Positions 37,805-49,500 of a stretch of DNA of 64,000 nucleotides are shown piece by piece (within the stretch, counting starts at the first letter, position 1; every line of letters starts with the position of its first letter). Both the position numbers and the translations under genes were made by a program. Where the stretch lies: positions 1 through 64,000 of the IMG/VR virus record IMGVR_UViG_3300001525_000075; one strand, 5' to 3'. Under the pieces are notes generated by a model. The model was not told the DNA's origin. It searched no databases and was given only the letters and a program-made list of their open reading frames with translations. Source of the stretch: a virus (lineage: Duplodnaviria; Caudoviricetes).

Positions 37805-39064
37805 ATCAAGCGCATTGGTAATTTAATGCCTCGTCTATGTTACACTTGGAATCTAGAAAATTCAGATTTACAAGCAAGAAGAGGTAAAAAATGTAAGAGA
37901 GCTATAATTGAACATTCACTTGTAGCTGATGAACACTATAAGGAGTTAATAAATAAGTTTCAAACAGGAACTTATAAAACATCTCCTTATAGTCTTTTTA
38001 AGATATATGAACCCAAGGAACGTATTATTTATAGACTACCATATTATCCTGATCGACTGACACACCATGCAATTATGTCAGTCGTGAAGGATTTATGGAT
38101 TAAACAATTTATACCTAATACTTACAGTTGTGTTCCGGATAGAGGAATTACAAAAGTGGTTCATGATTTAAAAAGAGATTTATATAGATATGAATGGAGA
38201 ACAACTTATTGTTTAAAATTAGATATAACTAAATTTTATCCCTCTGTTAATCATCAGATTCTAAAAGATATTCTTGCTAAAAAGATTAAAGATAAACAAT
38301 TTTTAGCATTACTTGGAGAAATTATCGATTCGGTTAATGATTATGTTCCTCAAAAAGGAACAGGAATTCCAATAGGTAATTATTTATCTCAATATTTTTC
38401 TAATCTTTATTTGACTTATTTTGACCGATGGTGTAAAGAAACTTTACATTGTAGATTTTATTATAGATATGCTGACGATATAGTGATACTATCGGATAGT
38501 AAAGAATTTTTACACAATTGTTTGAAACAAATCAAAGAATATTTAAAAGTTAATCTTAAACTCACAGTTAAATCAAATTATTAGGTGTTTCCTGTTGAAG
38601 CTAGAGGTATCGATTTTGTTGGTTATGTATTTAGACATAATTACATAAAAGTGAGAAAGAAAACAAAAAAGAAAGTAATGCGTTTAGTTACCGCATTTCA
38701 ACATAAGAAAATATGTAGAGATGTAATGTTTGATCATCTTGTAGCGTATTTAGGAATATTAAAATATGCTGACAGCAAGCATCTTCTAAAGAAAATTGAA
38801 GATATTACTAAAGTTCGTTACTCTAATTTCAAAGGTAAGTTAGATAAAATTTCTAATTTTTATAATAGTGATTTAACCTATGTTATAGAGGCGATAGGAC
38901 ATCACAAGTATTATACCGTTAATTTTACATATAAATGTAAACCTTATACAGTAAAAAGTAGAAATGTTGATCAATGGTATGAATTAAAATGTGATATGAA
39001 ATTACCTGAACTTTATTCTTTTAAAAAACATGAGAAACCCAATTATACAAAAGTTTCAAGATAA
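37805..39064 (+). CDS. DGR reverse transcriptase (code 15; probable ATC start)
   Basis: Motifs (M)KRIGNL, YEPKERII, PDRLTHHA, LKLDITKFYPS, GIPIGNYLSQ (DGR IGxxxSQ signature), YRYADD and KSNY(Q)VFPVEARGIDFVGY. TAG 38582 joins the two track ORFs. Confidence 0.95.
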
Positions 39065-39386
39065 ACCTGATACATTTATTGATTTAGGAACTGGCGATTG
39101 GTATTATAATTATAATATTAATCAATGTGCTATGACAGTTTTTTCTAATATCGAATCTACAGAAGTATTCTCTGAAACTCCTGGATATGAATTTATTCAA
39201 GTTCGTATTTCAGGAAGACCTACATATGAAAAATGTGTAAGAGCGATTATTAGAGAGTATGTTACTATGGATGAAGAATTTGATCTTATTAATTCTTATA
39301 ATAGAGATAATTCTAATGAAGAATATAAAGAATATCTTAAACTGTTAGAAGAAATTAAATCAAAAGTTAGAAAAGATTTTGATTAA
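39030..39386 (+). CDS. Hypothetical protein overlapping the RT 3' end
   Basis: Track ORF overlapping the RT by 35 nt and followed by a terminator. Confidence 0.75.
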   Translation: MRNPIIQKFQDKPDTFIDLGTGDWYYNYNINQCAMTVFSNIESTEVFSETPGYEFIQVRISGRPTYEKCVRAIIREYVTMDEEFDLINSYNRDNSNEEYKEYLKLLEEIKSKVRKDFD

Positions 39387-39415
39387 TCTAAAATAATAAT
39401 TTAATTTAACACCAT

Positions 39416-39453
39416 AAAACCTCGGAATCTTAGGATTTCGGGGTTTTATTTTT
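39416..39453 (+). terminator. Intrinsic terminator ending the tail-fibre/DGR transcript
   Basis: 14-bp stem AAAACCTCGGAATC / GATTTCGGGGTTTT (two G-U pairs), TTAG loop and a T-rich tail. Confidence 0.8.
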
Positions 39454-39587
39454 ATATTTATTAAAATTTTGTTTTATAATAATTAAATCATATATTGGAG
39501 GAGTCATGACAAAATCGAACTTATAAATTTTAATCAGATAATTATATAACAAGATTTCATTAGTTTAACATTTTTAATTTTTATTTT

Positions 39588-40493
39588 ATGTCTGATAGTA
39601 AAGTTTTTATGTTTCCTGAACAAAGTAGTAATTCAGGAATCATGTCTATGTTAGCTCCGTTGTTATAGCAAAAAGGAGTTGATCCTAACGTGTTATTAGC
39701 TATGAGAAACAACTCAGGTTTTGGAGGTGAAGGTGGCTGGTTCATGTGGGTAATTTTCTTATTCTTCCTTATGGGATGGGGAGGAAATGGTTGGAACGGA
39801 TTGGGAAATAGAGGTACTGAAGGTTTAACAAATCAAATTAATAATGATTATGGAAGAGACCTTTTATTACAGGCTATTAACGGAAATGCCACAGCTATAT
39901 CTCAATTAGCTACTACTCTTAATTGTGATGTTAATGCTATTCAAGATGCAATTAATTCTGTAAATTCTAATGTAAGTAATGTAAGTAATCAAGTTGGATT
40001 ATCTAGTCAACAAGTAATTAATGCAATCCAAAGTGGTAATCAAACTATTGCTGCACAAATGGCACAATGTTGCTGTGATAATAAATTACTTGTTACTAAT
40101 CAAGGATATGAGTCTAGAATAGCAACGTTAGAATAGACAAATCAATTAGGATCTAAAGTAGACGCAGGAACAAGTCAAATTACTAATGCTATTGCAAATT
40201 AGACTGCACTTATTAATGATAGATTTTGTGCATTAGAATTGCGTGATATGCAAGCTAAGATTGACGCTTTGCAAGAAGAAAAGAGTACTTTACAAAATCA
40301 TATAAGTAATGCTAATCAAACTACTCAAATTCAATCTTATATCGCAAATGTAGTTAATCCTATTGCACAAGAAGTTAATGCTATTAAATCAGCATAGCCT
40401 GCTACAGTAACATTACCTTATAGTTGTGCAACTGCTGTCCCAACAGCTTTAGCTTATCAACAAGGTTTAAGTACTTAGGGTTTATGGTATTAA
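39588..40493 (+). CDS. Gly/Trp-rich hydrophobic-segment plus coiled-coil protein (301 aa, code 15)
   Basis: GFGGEGGWFMWVIFLFFLMGWGG followed by a Gln/Asn-rich coiled coil with AQCCC; ATG 39588 to TAA 40491. Confidence 0.8.
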
Positions 40494-40507
40494 GAAAGGA
40501 GGTATCT

Positions 40508-40828
40508 ATGTTTATTAATAGATATTTAAGTAATACTTCAGGAATTCCTAGATTTGAATCTAATTCTGTAAATGTCAATAGTTCAAATGTAGTATTTTCA
40601 TTTACAGATGCTGGAACTTATTTTAATGATAATTTTTGTGGACTAATTTTAATTAAGATTAGTCAAAGTATTCCATCGGATACTACAACTACTCTTCCTA
40701 TTTTAATTAATACAATTCCTGTAACTACATATGGAAATGAATCAATAACAGTTTCTGAATTTAAAGGTACAGGAATATATTTAGGATATTATGACGGAAA
40801 GAGCAAATCTATTCAAATAATATTATAA
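40508..40828 (+). CDS. Hypothetical protein
   Basis: AAGGAGG lies just upstream of ATG 40508; this is the 3' part of track ORF 40424. Confidence 0.7.
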   Translation: MFINRYLSNTSGIPRFESNSVNVNSSNVVFSFTDAGTYFNDNFCGLILIKISQSIPSDTTTTLPILINTIPVTTYGNESITVSEFKGTGIYLGYYDGKSKSIQIIL

Positions 40829-40829
40829 T

Positions 40830-41294
40830 ATGTTTTCAGCATTACAACAAGGTGGAGTTTTGCATATATTAGAAAAATCTAATACTCCAACTTATAAAAT
40901 AGGTTAGATTCAAAGTATTTCTTCTTAGAAATATACTTCTAATTTTATGTTATCTACTATAGACATTACAGTCGAAGTTGATGATTAGAAGTTGGATTTT
41001 AAAAATATTCCGAGTTCACAATCTATAGCTTATTATAACGATGTAATTATCACAGAAACTAAAGAACAAATGCTTTCAGAAGTAGAAAATTTATTACAAT
41101 CTTCTAAAAATATATTGGAAAGTATAGATAAACATAAAGTTATAGTAGAATCTTGTGAAGAAATACTTAAATCTTTAAATCCGCAGTTTGCTAAAGAACA
41201 TGAAAGAGATTAGAGATTAAATACTTTAGAATCTAAGTTTGAAACTGTAGAATCTAAAATTGATTAGTTAATAACATTAGTAAATACAAAATAA
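40830..41294 (+). CDS. Hypothetical protein (code 15)
   Basis: MFSALQQGGVLHILEK...; extends track ORF 40992..41213 in both directions through TAGs. Confidence 0.7.
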
Positions 41295-41295
41295 T

Positions 41296-41460
41296 ATGAC
41301 TGTCATGGAACTCGATGATACTAAATATACCAAAGTACACAAAGCATTAAATTGTTTAAGTGAACAAATAGAATATTTAAAAGAACTTATGGATGATTCT
41401 ATTGATTTTAGAGAACCTAAAAGATATAGAGAAGATTATCCTAGATACCGTTACTATTAA
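41296..41460 (+). CDS. Small hypothetical protein
   Basis: ATG 41296 to TAA 41458; tiles between its neighbours. Confidence 0.55.
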   Translation: MTVMELDDTKYTKVHKALNCLSEQIEYLKELMDDSIDFREPKRYREDYPRYRYY

Positions 41461-41837
41461 TGAGAAGTTTAGATATTTATGAAACTAAACCAAAAGATAT
41501 GATAAGATATTTATCATATTATGGGTGGCATTTTAATAAGAAAATGTGTCAATTTGCTTTGAAATAGTTACATAATAAAACTATAGACAAAGATAAAGTT
41601 GATACGTTATTATCTACATATAACATAGAATTAGAAAACAATTATTCTTACGATTATGTGTATGTTGCTAATTTTGGTTTAGTATATTATTTAAAATCTA
41701 GTATTCCTGATGAAAAATGTTTAGCATAGTATATTAAAGATACTATAGATAAACAAGATTCAGAACTAGTATTTACACAGTGGTATGCAAGTATGTGTAG
41801 ACTTGGAATTCCCATTGATTGGGAAGATATGTTATAA
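41460..41837 (+). CDS. Conserved hypothetical protein (code 15)
   Basis: MRSLDIY...YLSYYGWHFNKKMC...YDYVYVAN...GIPIDWEDML; two TAGs. Confidence 0.75.
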
Positions 41838-42159
41838 TAATTGGACAATCTATATACTTTATAACTGTTCTATCGATTTAGTTAAACAGTATTTAAAGGA
41901 AATAGATTGTCCTTTTTCTATATTAGATAAAATAGAATCTACTAATAACTTAGGGTTTACTTATTCTAATTACTCTTTAAAGAATAGTATTATTTCTATT
42001 AAGTATACTAATCATATTTCCGATTTTATAAACACTTTATCTCACGAATGTACTCATTTGGTATTTCATATAAATTAGTATATCTTTAAAGAAGATATTG
42101 CAACTCAAATTGGTGATTTATCTTAGATAATATTTGAATTATTTTCAACTAATAAATAA
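41785..42159 (+). CDS. HExxH-motif small protein (start uncertain; code 15)
   Basis: TLSHECTH; extends through TAGs to TAA 42157. Confidence 0.6.
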
Positions 42160-42165
42160 ATTTTA

Positions 42166-42420
42166 ATGGAAACTATTTTAGGTAATAGTTACGAATCTGT
42201 CGGAAATGTAAATACAGATTTGTTATTAAAAACTAGAGGAAATATTAAAGTTCAAGTTGGTAATACTTTTAAAGACCTATTGGAAAATGAAGGAAATACA
42301 TCTATTGTTAAAACTACAGATAGTGAACCTTCTTCAAGTTTAAGTTCAGGATTTTATTTATATGAAAATAAGTTATATTTAGTACACGGAGAAACCGTAT
42401 TAAAATTTAATCCTGCGTAA
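42166..42420 (+). CDS. Hypothetical protein
   Basis: Track ORF; DLLLKTRGNIKVQVG. Confidence 0.7.
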   Translation: METILGNSYESVGNVNTDLLLKTRGNIKVQVGNTFKDLLENEGNTSIVKTTDSEPSSSLSSGFYLYENKLYLVHGETVLKFNPA

Positions 42421-42436
42421 ACAAAACTTTACAATT

Positions 42437-42466
42437 TTTGTTAATTCAAAATTATTATTATTTTTG
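42437..42466 (+). promoter_or_regulatory. Possible Bacteroidota-type promoter upstream of the capsid operon
   Basis: TTTG (42437-42440), an 18-nt spacer, then TAttTTTG (42459-42466), matching TAnnTTTG; the AT-rich background weakens the call. Confidence 0.35.
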
Positions 42467-42489
42467 AAATTGATTATTAATTAAAAATA

Positions 42490-43527
42490 TTGAAAATGAC
42501 AATAGGAATTGATGACATTGATGATTTTGAAGAACCGATTCAAGAACCTTATGCGGAACCTGAACCTAATGGTTTTGAAGAACCTACGGAATCTCCTGCT
42601 GAAGGTACGACTGAAGATGATATTATTAAATCACTTTTAAATGATAGAGGTATCAAAGATCCTGATAAAATCACATTTGAAGATGAAGGAGTAGTAACTG
42701 AAAGATCTTGGAATGATTTGACTAATGATGAAAAACGTGCAATTTTGAATCAAAGTCCTGATAAAGATCCTGAGGTTGATTTAGATGAACAAGAAATTCA
42801 GATGATTAATCAAATGCGTTTAAATGGTATGAATCCTGAGCAATACGTAACAGCTTTGAGAAAGCAAGGTTATGATTATTATGTTAAAACTCAGAATGAT
42901 ACTACTCCAGATTATTCAACAGATGATTTATCTGATGATGAACTTTATATGTTAGATATTCAATATAGAACTCCCGAGATGACAGAGCAAGAAGCTTATG
43001 ATGCACTTGTAGCAGCTAAAGCCAACGAAACTCTATTCAATAAACAGATGGTGGGTTTAAGAAATTATTATAGAGGTTTGGAAACTGATATGAAAGCTCA
43101 GAAAGATGCTGAAGTTAAAGAACAAGAACAACAGCAATTTCAACAGTATTCAAATTCTATTATAAACGCTATACAAAATACAAGATCCATAGGTAATTTG
43201 GACATTGACCTCAATCAACAAGATAAAGAGGACATTGCGCAATTTATTCTTGGACGAGATCAGGCTGGTATTAATTGGTTCGGTAAAGCCCTTGAAGATC
43301 CAGATACTGTAGTTAGAATGGCTTGGTTTGCACTTAAAGGTGACGAAGCTTTTAATGATATTGAAAACTACATATCAGAACAGATTAAAACTGCTGCTCA
43401 AAATGCTTATAATAAGGGGTTAGCAGATGGAAAAAATAAAAGCAACGCATCAGTAGTGATAACAAATAATAATCCTACGATACGTAATTCTAGAGAAATA
43501 ACTAGTGTAAACGATTTAGATTTTTAA
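42490..43527 (+). CDS. Acidic protein upstream of the capsid gene (putative scaffolding protein)
   Basis: Very Asp/Glu-rich 345-aa ORF directly before the major capsid gene; function inferred from position and composition. Confidence 0.65.
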   Translation: MKMTIGIDDIDDFEEPIQEPYAEPEPNGFEEPTESPAEGTTEDDIIKSLLNDRGIKDPDKITFEDEGVVTERSWNDLTNDEKRAILNQSPDKDPEVDLDEQEIQMINQMRLNGMNPEQYVTALRKQGYDYYVKTQNDTTPDYSTDDLSDDELYMLDIQYRTPEMTEQEAYDALVAAKANETLFNKQMVGLRNYYRGLETDMKAQKDAEVKEQEQQQFQQYSNSIINAIQNTRSIGNLDIDLNQQDKEDIAQFILGRDQAGINWFGKALEDPDTVVRMAWFALKGDEAFNDIENYISEQIKTAAQNAYNKGLADGKNKSNASVVITNNNPTIRNSREITSVNDLDF

Positions 43528-43545
43528 TTTTAAAGTTTATTTATT

Positions 43546-46500
43546 ATGATTATAGCGAATTTTGTTAGCAATCGTCCCACAATGTCTGAGACGAGAACTT
43601 ATGAGGACTTTTACAAATTTTTGGGTATGTGAGTGCCACTTTATTTAGTAATAAATAATAGTAACTATGTGAAACGGAGAAACCCTCCATTACAAAGGGT
43701 AATTCCGTAGGAAACTTTGACATAAAGGACCTCTAACGAATAGAGATTTGCTTTTAAATAATCCGAATTCACGGAAATATGGAATTAAGGAAAAAATCAA
43801 TATTGATAGCTTTAGTTATTGGTGACGGAACTATTAATTATCAAACTAAAGTTATTAAAGGAAAAACATATAAATACGCTAATTTAGAAGTCAATCATTC
43901 TTATAAACAATTAGAATATTGTAAATGGAAAGCTAATTTATGTAAATCTATTACTGGAAGGAAATGTTTAATACGCTACAAACACGTTCCTGAAAGAAAA
44001 ATAAATAATCGGATAACTAAATCTACAGAAGCTTGTAGATTTACTTGTTGTCACAGATATTTTAGAATTTTACGAAAGTGGCTTTATCCTAATAATAAGA
44101 AAAGATTAACTTCTAAATATTTAAAGTATTTAGATGAACAAGGTTTAGCAATTTGGTATATGGATGATGGTTCTTTATATGTAAGACCTGATAAATCCGC
44201 ATTTAATTGTGAATTACATACTCATATTCCTAAAGAAGACGCAGAAGATTTAATTTTAATGTTTCAAAACAAATGGAATATTAAATTTAATTTACATCAT
44301 GTTGGTGAAAATCAATATAATTTGAGATGTTGTTCTTATGCTGGTGTTAAATTTATAAAATTGATTTCTCCGTTTGTACCGCAATGTATGGATTACAAAT
44401 TAAAAATTCCTGAAAGATTTCTCCACGAGTGCATAGTACCCTAATTATAGGGTAATGATATATTCTAAACTAACAAGATGGCAAATTGTTAGAACTATAG
44501 GATAAAGAGCCTATAGGATAATATTATTGACTAAGCCCCATAAGTTGGGTGTAGTTTCACGTCTATACCCTGAGTTAACAGCTTCCTATCTTACTGAATC
44601 ATTGAGAAATATCTTTTATCAAGACCGTAAGTCTAATAACAAGTATCAATCAATTGATTCTATGTATCATTTTTAAAATCGGTACATATTAAATTCTCTG
44701 AATTGCTGGAATGTCTTTTAGATAATCAGCAGCTAAAATAAAATGTTCAACGACTAATCGAAAGATGTAATGTATAAAGTAATAAAAACTGTAAATGTAA
44801 AAACGGATGATTATTATCTTGGAATTATTTATTCTGAGAAAAATTCGTTTGATGGACAACTTGGAAACGGAGTTAACATAAATGACCCTATGACTTATCA
44901 ATTTAGTAAAACTAAATTTCAACAACAAGTTAAAGAGTGGGGTGTTAAATCCTTTAAAGTAGAAGTATTAAAAGAATATGATTCTTTAGAAGAAGCACAA
45001 GAATATTTAAATATAAAACTTACTCCTAAAGAAGTAGCTACTAAAGAGTGTTTAAATAATACTTATGCTGACAAGTTATATGAAGTATATGTATATGATA
45101 ATACAGGTAAATTTGCTAATAGTAAAATATTAGTAGACGCTGACACTGCATTTAATGGATTAAAACTTGATAAACAATATTTAAGTTTTTTATATGATGA
45201 AAAAGGATTCAGTAAAGCCAAGAAGATGCAGATTCAAAATAGACCTGTATATAAGTATGATATAAATGGAAATTTTATTTGTTCATACGAAACTCAAGTA
45301 CAAGCTGAAAAAGATAATAAATATAGTAATATTACTAAATCAATTAAACTTAAACAAGCTTGTAGAAATGGATTTTATTGGACTCTTCAAAAACTACCTA
45401 AATTATATTGGAAGAATCGTAAATGGGTTCAAGTTTATGATTCTCATTATAAATATATTAGAGGTTATAAGTTTTTAAAAGAATGTCAAAGAGTAAAAGG
45501 ATTTGAAGTTCGTGATGTAATGAATAAAAATATGTTATATGATGGATGTTTTTACTTTTATAAATGAAGTAGAGAATACTGAAATGTAATGATATAGTCT
45601 AATCTTAATAGAAATATTAAGTATTAATGTTTGAGTGGGAAGTTGAAACGAATTACATCAAGCGTGTTGAACTCGCTGATACTCCCCAAGGAGATGGCTC
45701 AAACGGTTCTGAAATTGAGTTTGCGTTTAAGGAAAGATATTATGAAAAGTATGATATTTTCAAGCATGACAAGACTATGCAACAATTTATGGTTGTAAGT
45801 CGTCCTATTCGTAAAGCAGACAATTACTGGGTAGTCACCTGTCGTTTAATTGATAGTGACTATTCTTCTAGCATTGATCTTAACGATTATTCTATTGGTG
45901 ACACCACTAGATTCCAATCTAATGCAATGCCTGAATTACACGAGGAAGGTAAACTTAACATATTAAAAAGAATTTACATTGCTTTCCTCCGTTAAGTTAT
46001 TAACTTAATGAATAATTAAAATAAAATTCTTAATTACTGGAAAGCCTATATTGGTAATCAGTAGCGAAATCTCAACTTTTACAAAAGTTCTGAGAAACGT
46101 TCAACGACTAGTCTAAAAGACGTAGGAGAAATGAACTCCGAAATGGAATAAATCTAACTTAAATACAATGAAATATATATAGTATATCAAACAGTAAATA
46201 AAGTAAACAATAAAATTTATATAGGTGTCCACGGAACAACTAATCCTAACGAATTCGACGGTTATATTGGAAATGGAGTTTTGATGGAGTAAATGAAGCG
46301 GGAAGATATTTGAATCCTAAAGCAATTGGTGCAGGACATTTACCTAGAGCAATTAAAAAAGGTCACCAATTTTTAGGACATCAATTCTCATACGAAAAGC
46401 TTCCATCTATGAAGAAATTAAAACATAGAAACGTAACTACTGTCGATAAACCTTATATTGGAGGAAAAATTGGAAGATATAATGATAATGGAGAACTTTT

Positions 46501-49500
46501 AGAAATTCTTCCGAATATGACTGAATGTGTTAAAGCAGGATACAAGAATGCTAAACAAGTAGCATTAGGAAAACGACAACATTGTAAAGGATTTGTATTT
46601 AAGTATTTAGATTAAGATATAGTCTGAACAATATTGAAAAGTATTGAATAACATAATTGTATGTAAAATATCAAAGTAATATTGAGCGTCATCGCAATTA
46701 TATTACTACTCACCGCGTAAATAGAGTAGTAATATTAGAATAATTATCGACTGCGCAAGATTATTAATAAAACAGATTAATCTGAAATAGTAATAATCAA
46801 TATCTTCTAAATTGCTGGAAAGTTCTTACTAATCAGCAGCCAAAAAATAAAAGGTTCAACGATTATCCAAATGGAGTAAAATTATGAAAAGGAAGATATA
46901 TAATATAAATATTAAATGAAATATATAGTATATTTAACAACTAATACACTTAACAACAAAATTTACATAGGAGTACATAAAACTGAAAATCCTGATGTGT
47001 TTGACGGATATATCGGATGTGGAGTTAATATGTGTTATCCAAGTAGTTACACAGATCCTAAAACTCCATTTCAGCACGCTGTTAAAAAATATGGAATTAA
47101 GAGTTTTAAGCGATATGTTTTACAAATTTTTGACTCTGAAGAAGAAGCTTATAATTTGGAATCAATTTTAGTAAATAAATCTTTTATCGCAAGAAATGAT
47201 ACATATAACATATCATTAGGAGGAAATAAAGGAAATTATTTATTTCCTATAAACCAATTTAATAAAGATGGAAATTTTATCAAATCTTGGGATAACATGC
47301 TTGTTGCATCTGAAGCTTTGGGCGTATCACATACTAGTATTAATAATGCTAAATTGTTTAAAGTAAGTTGTTTAGGTTATTTTTGGTCTACAGATTCATT
47401 TATTAATATAAAAGAATATAGTTATCATGTTGGAAAAAATGTTTATAAATATACTAAAAATGGCGAGTTAATAGATTCTTACGAATCACTGACTAATGCT
47501 GCTAAAAGTAATAATAGTTTAGAAAAAACTATATTTAGGTCGATTCAATCAAATATTCAAGTTCAAGGATTTTATTATTCATTTACACTTGTAGATAAAT
47601 TTATTCCTAAAAAATTACCTAGTTTAAAAGGTAAAATTGTATATATTTACGATTTAAACGGAAATTATCTAACAAAAAAAGAAAGTGGATCTGAATTAAA
47701 AAAATATTATAATGTAAAATCTTACGGTTGTTTAAGGCAAGCCCTTATTACTGGGAAACCTTATAAAAACACACAAGTTTCTTTAGAATTTAAAGATAAG
47801 TTAAATCCTGTAGAATCTTCAACTAATAAAGCAAAACGCATAGGTGTTTATGATTTAAATGGAAATTTAATAGAAGAATTTGAATCTATAAAATCTGCTT
47901 CTAGAAAATACGGGAGTTGTGTGTTTAGAGTACTCAATCATCGACAAAAACAATCTAAAAATTTAATATTTAAATATTTATAATTATATAAAGATATAGT
48001 CTATTTTGAGACGATAGTTATTCAGCCCTCTACGCTGCTCATGAGAACCAATTTATCAGTATTGCCGAAGGTAAAGACCAAGGTTCTCTTACTGAAACCA
48101 TCTATAAAATGCAAAAGAAGGAAAAGACTCTTCTCGACAATTTCCTTTATGTGCGTAATAATGGCTTATTATTTAATAAGTGTAATGTTGATGTGAACGG
48201 TTAGTGTTTAGCCGCATAATAAATAATTTATTATGAAAACCTTTTGAATTGCTGGGAAGCCTGTGATGGTAATCAGCAGCTACTTTAAAGAAATAGAGTA
48301 GTTCAACGACTAGAAACTATTAGGTAATTTAATGAATAAATAGATTCATATATTATAATTTAATAATCAAATAGGATTATATGGAATTAACAGAAGAACA
48401 AAAAAGCTTATTGCTAGCGTTGTGTATAGGAGACGGTTGTTTACGAAAACCTCATCCTAAATCAGGAAATGTTCAACTAGAAATTGCTCATTCTACAAAA
48501 CAAGAAGAATACTGTAAATGGAAACGTGATTTAGTTTATAGTATTTTTGGAGGAAAAAGAATTCCTAAAATAGGATATAAAACAATAAAATTAAAAAATA
48601 GAGATAAGGAATATAAAGCATGTAGGTTTACTAAATCTCATCCTTATTTCTTATACTTAAGACATTTGTTATATCCTAACAATGTGAAAGTTATGACTAG
48701 AGAAATATTAGATAAGTTGACATTACAAGGTTTAGCAATTTGGTACATGGACGATGGTTCTTTTTACAAAAAAGATAACGAAGATGGAACTAAATCTATA
48801 TGCTTTGATTTAAGAATTTCAACTGATTCTTTTTCTTATGAAGAAAACGTATTAATATGTGATTTCTTTAAAGAAAAATATGGTATAAATTTTTATCCAT
48901 ATAAAACACATAAAGAAAAAGAACATAGTTGGGTTTTAAGAGCTAATAAACAAGCTGCTATAAAGTTTATAAATTTAATTAAACCTTATGTTATTCCTTC
49001 AATGAAATACAAAATAGAATATAAAAGTTAATAGTTTCCAAGAGTAAAAGGCAACTTTAAAATTAAAGTTGAAGATATAGTCTAAACTTATACGAAATTA
49101 GAAGTATAAGAATTACAGGATAAAGAGCCTGTAAGATAATATAATTGAAGCCCACAATCAGCGATCCTGATACAGGTAGACCTAAACATTGAGTATAGTA
49201 ACTTAATAAATGGGTCGAATAGATGTAAATCTATTTATAAATAATTTTCTTTAATTGCTGGAAACTCTTATTTAAGATAATCAGCAGCTAATTTTTACAT
49301 ATAGTAAGCATTAATAATGTAACTGTAAAAAAGTTCAACGACTAGGTTTTAACCGTACATCTATAAGATGGAAATAGGAAATAACTTAAAGTAAAAGTAT
49401 AAAACTTATGAAGTATGTAGTATACTTAACTACAAACAAAATAAATAATAAAACTTGTGCAGGTTTTAAATGGAGTTATGAAAAATCAAAAATGATTTTG

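Noticed and set aside
37805-39064. RT as a group II intron or retron enzyme
   Set aside because: It has the IGxxxSQ DGR signature and a VR/TR pair; no group II domain V or maturase/endonuclease domains were seen.
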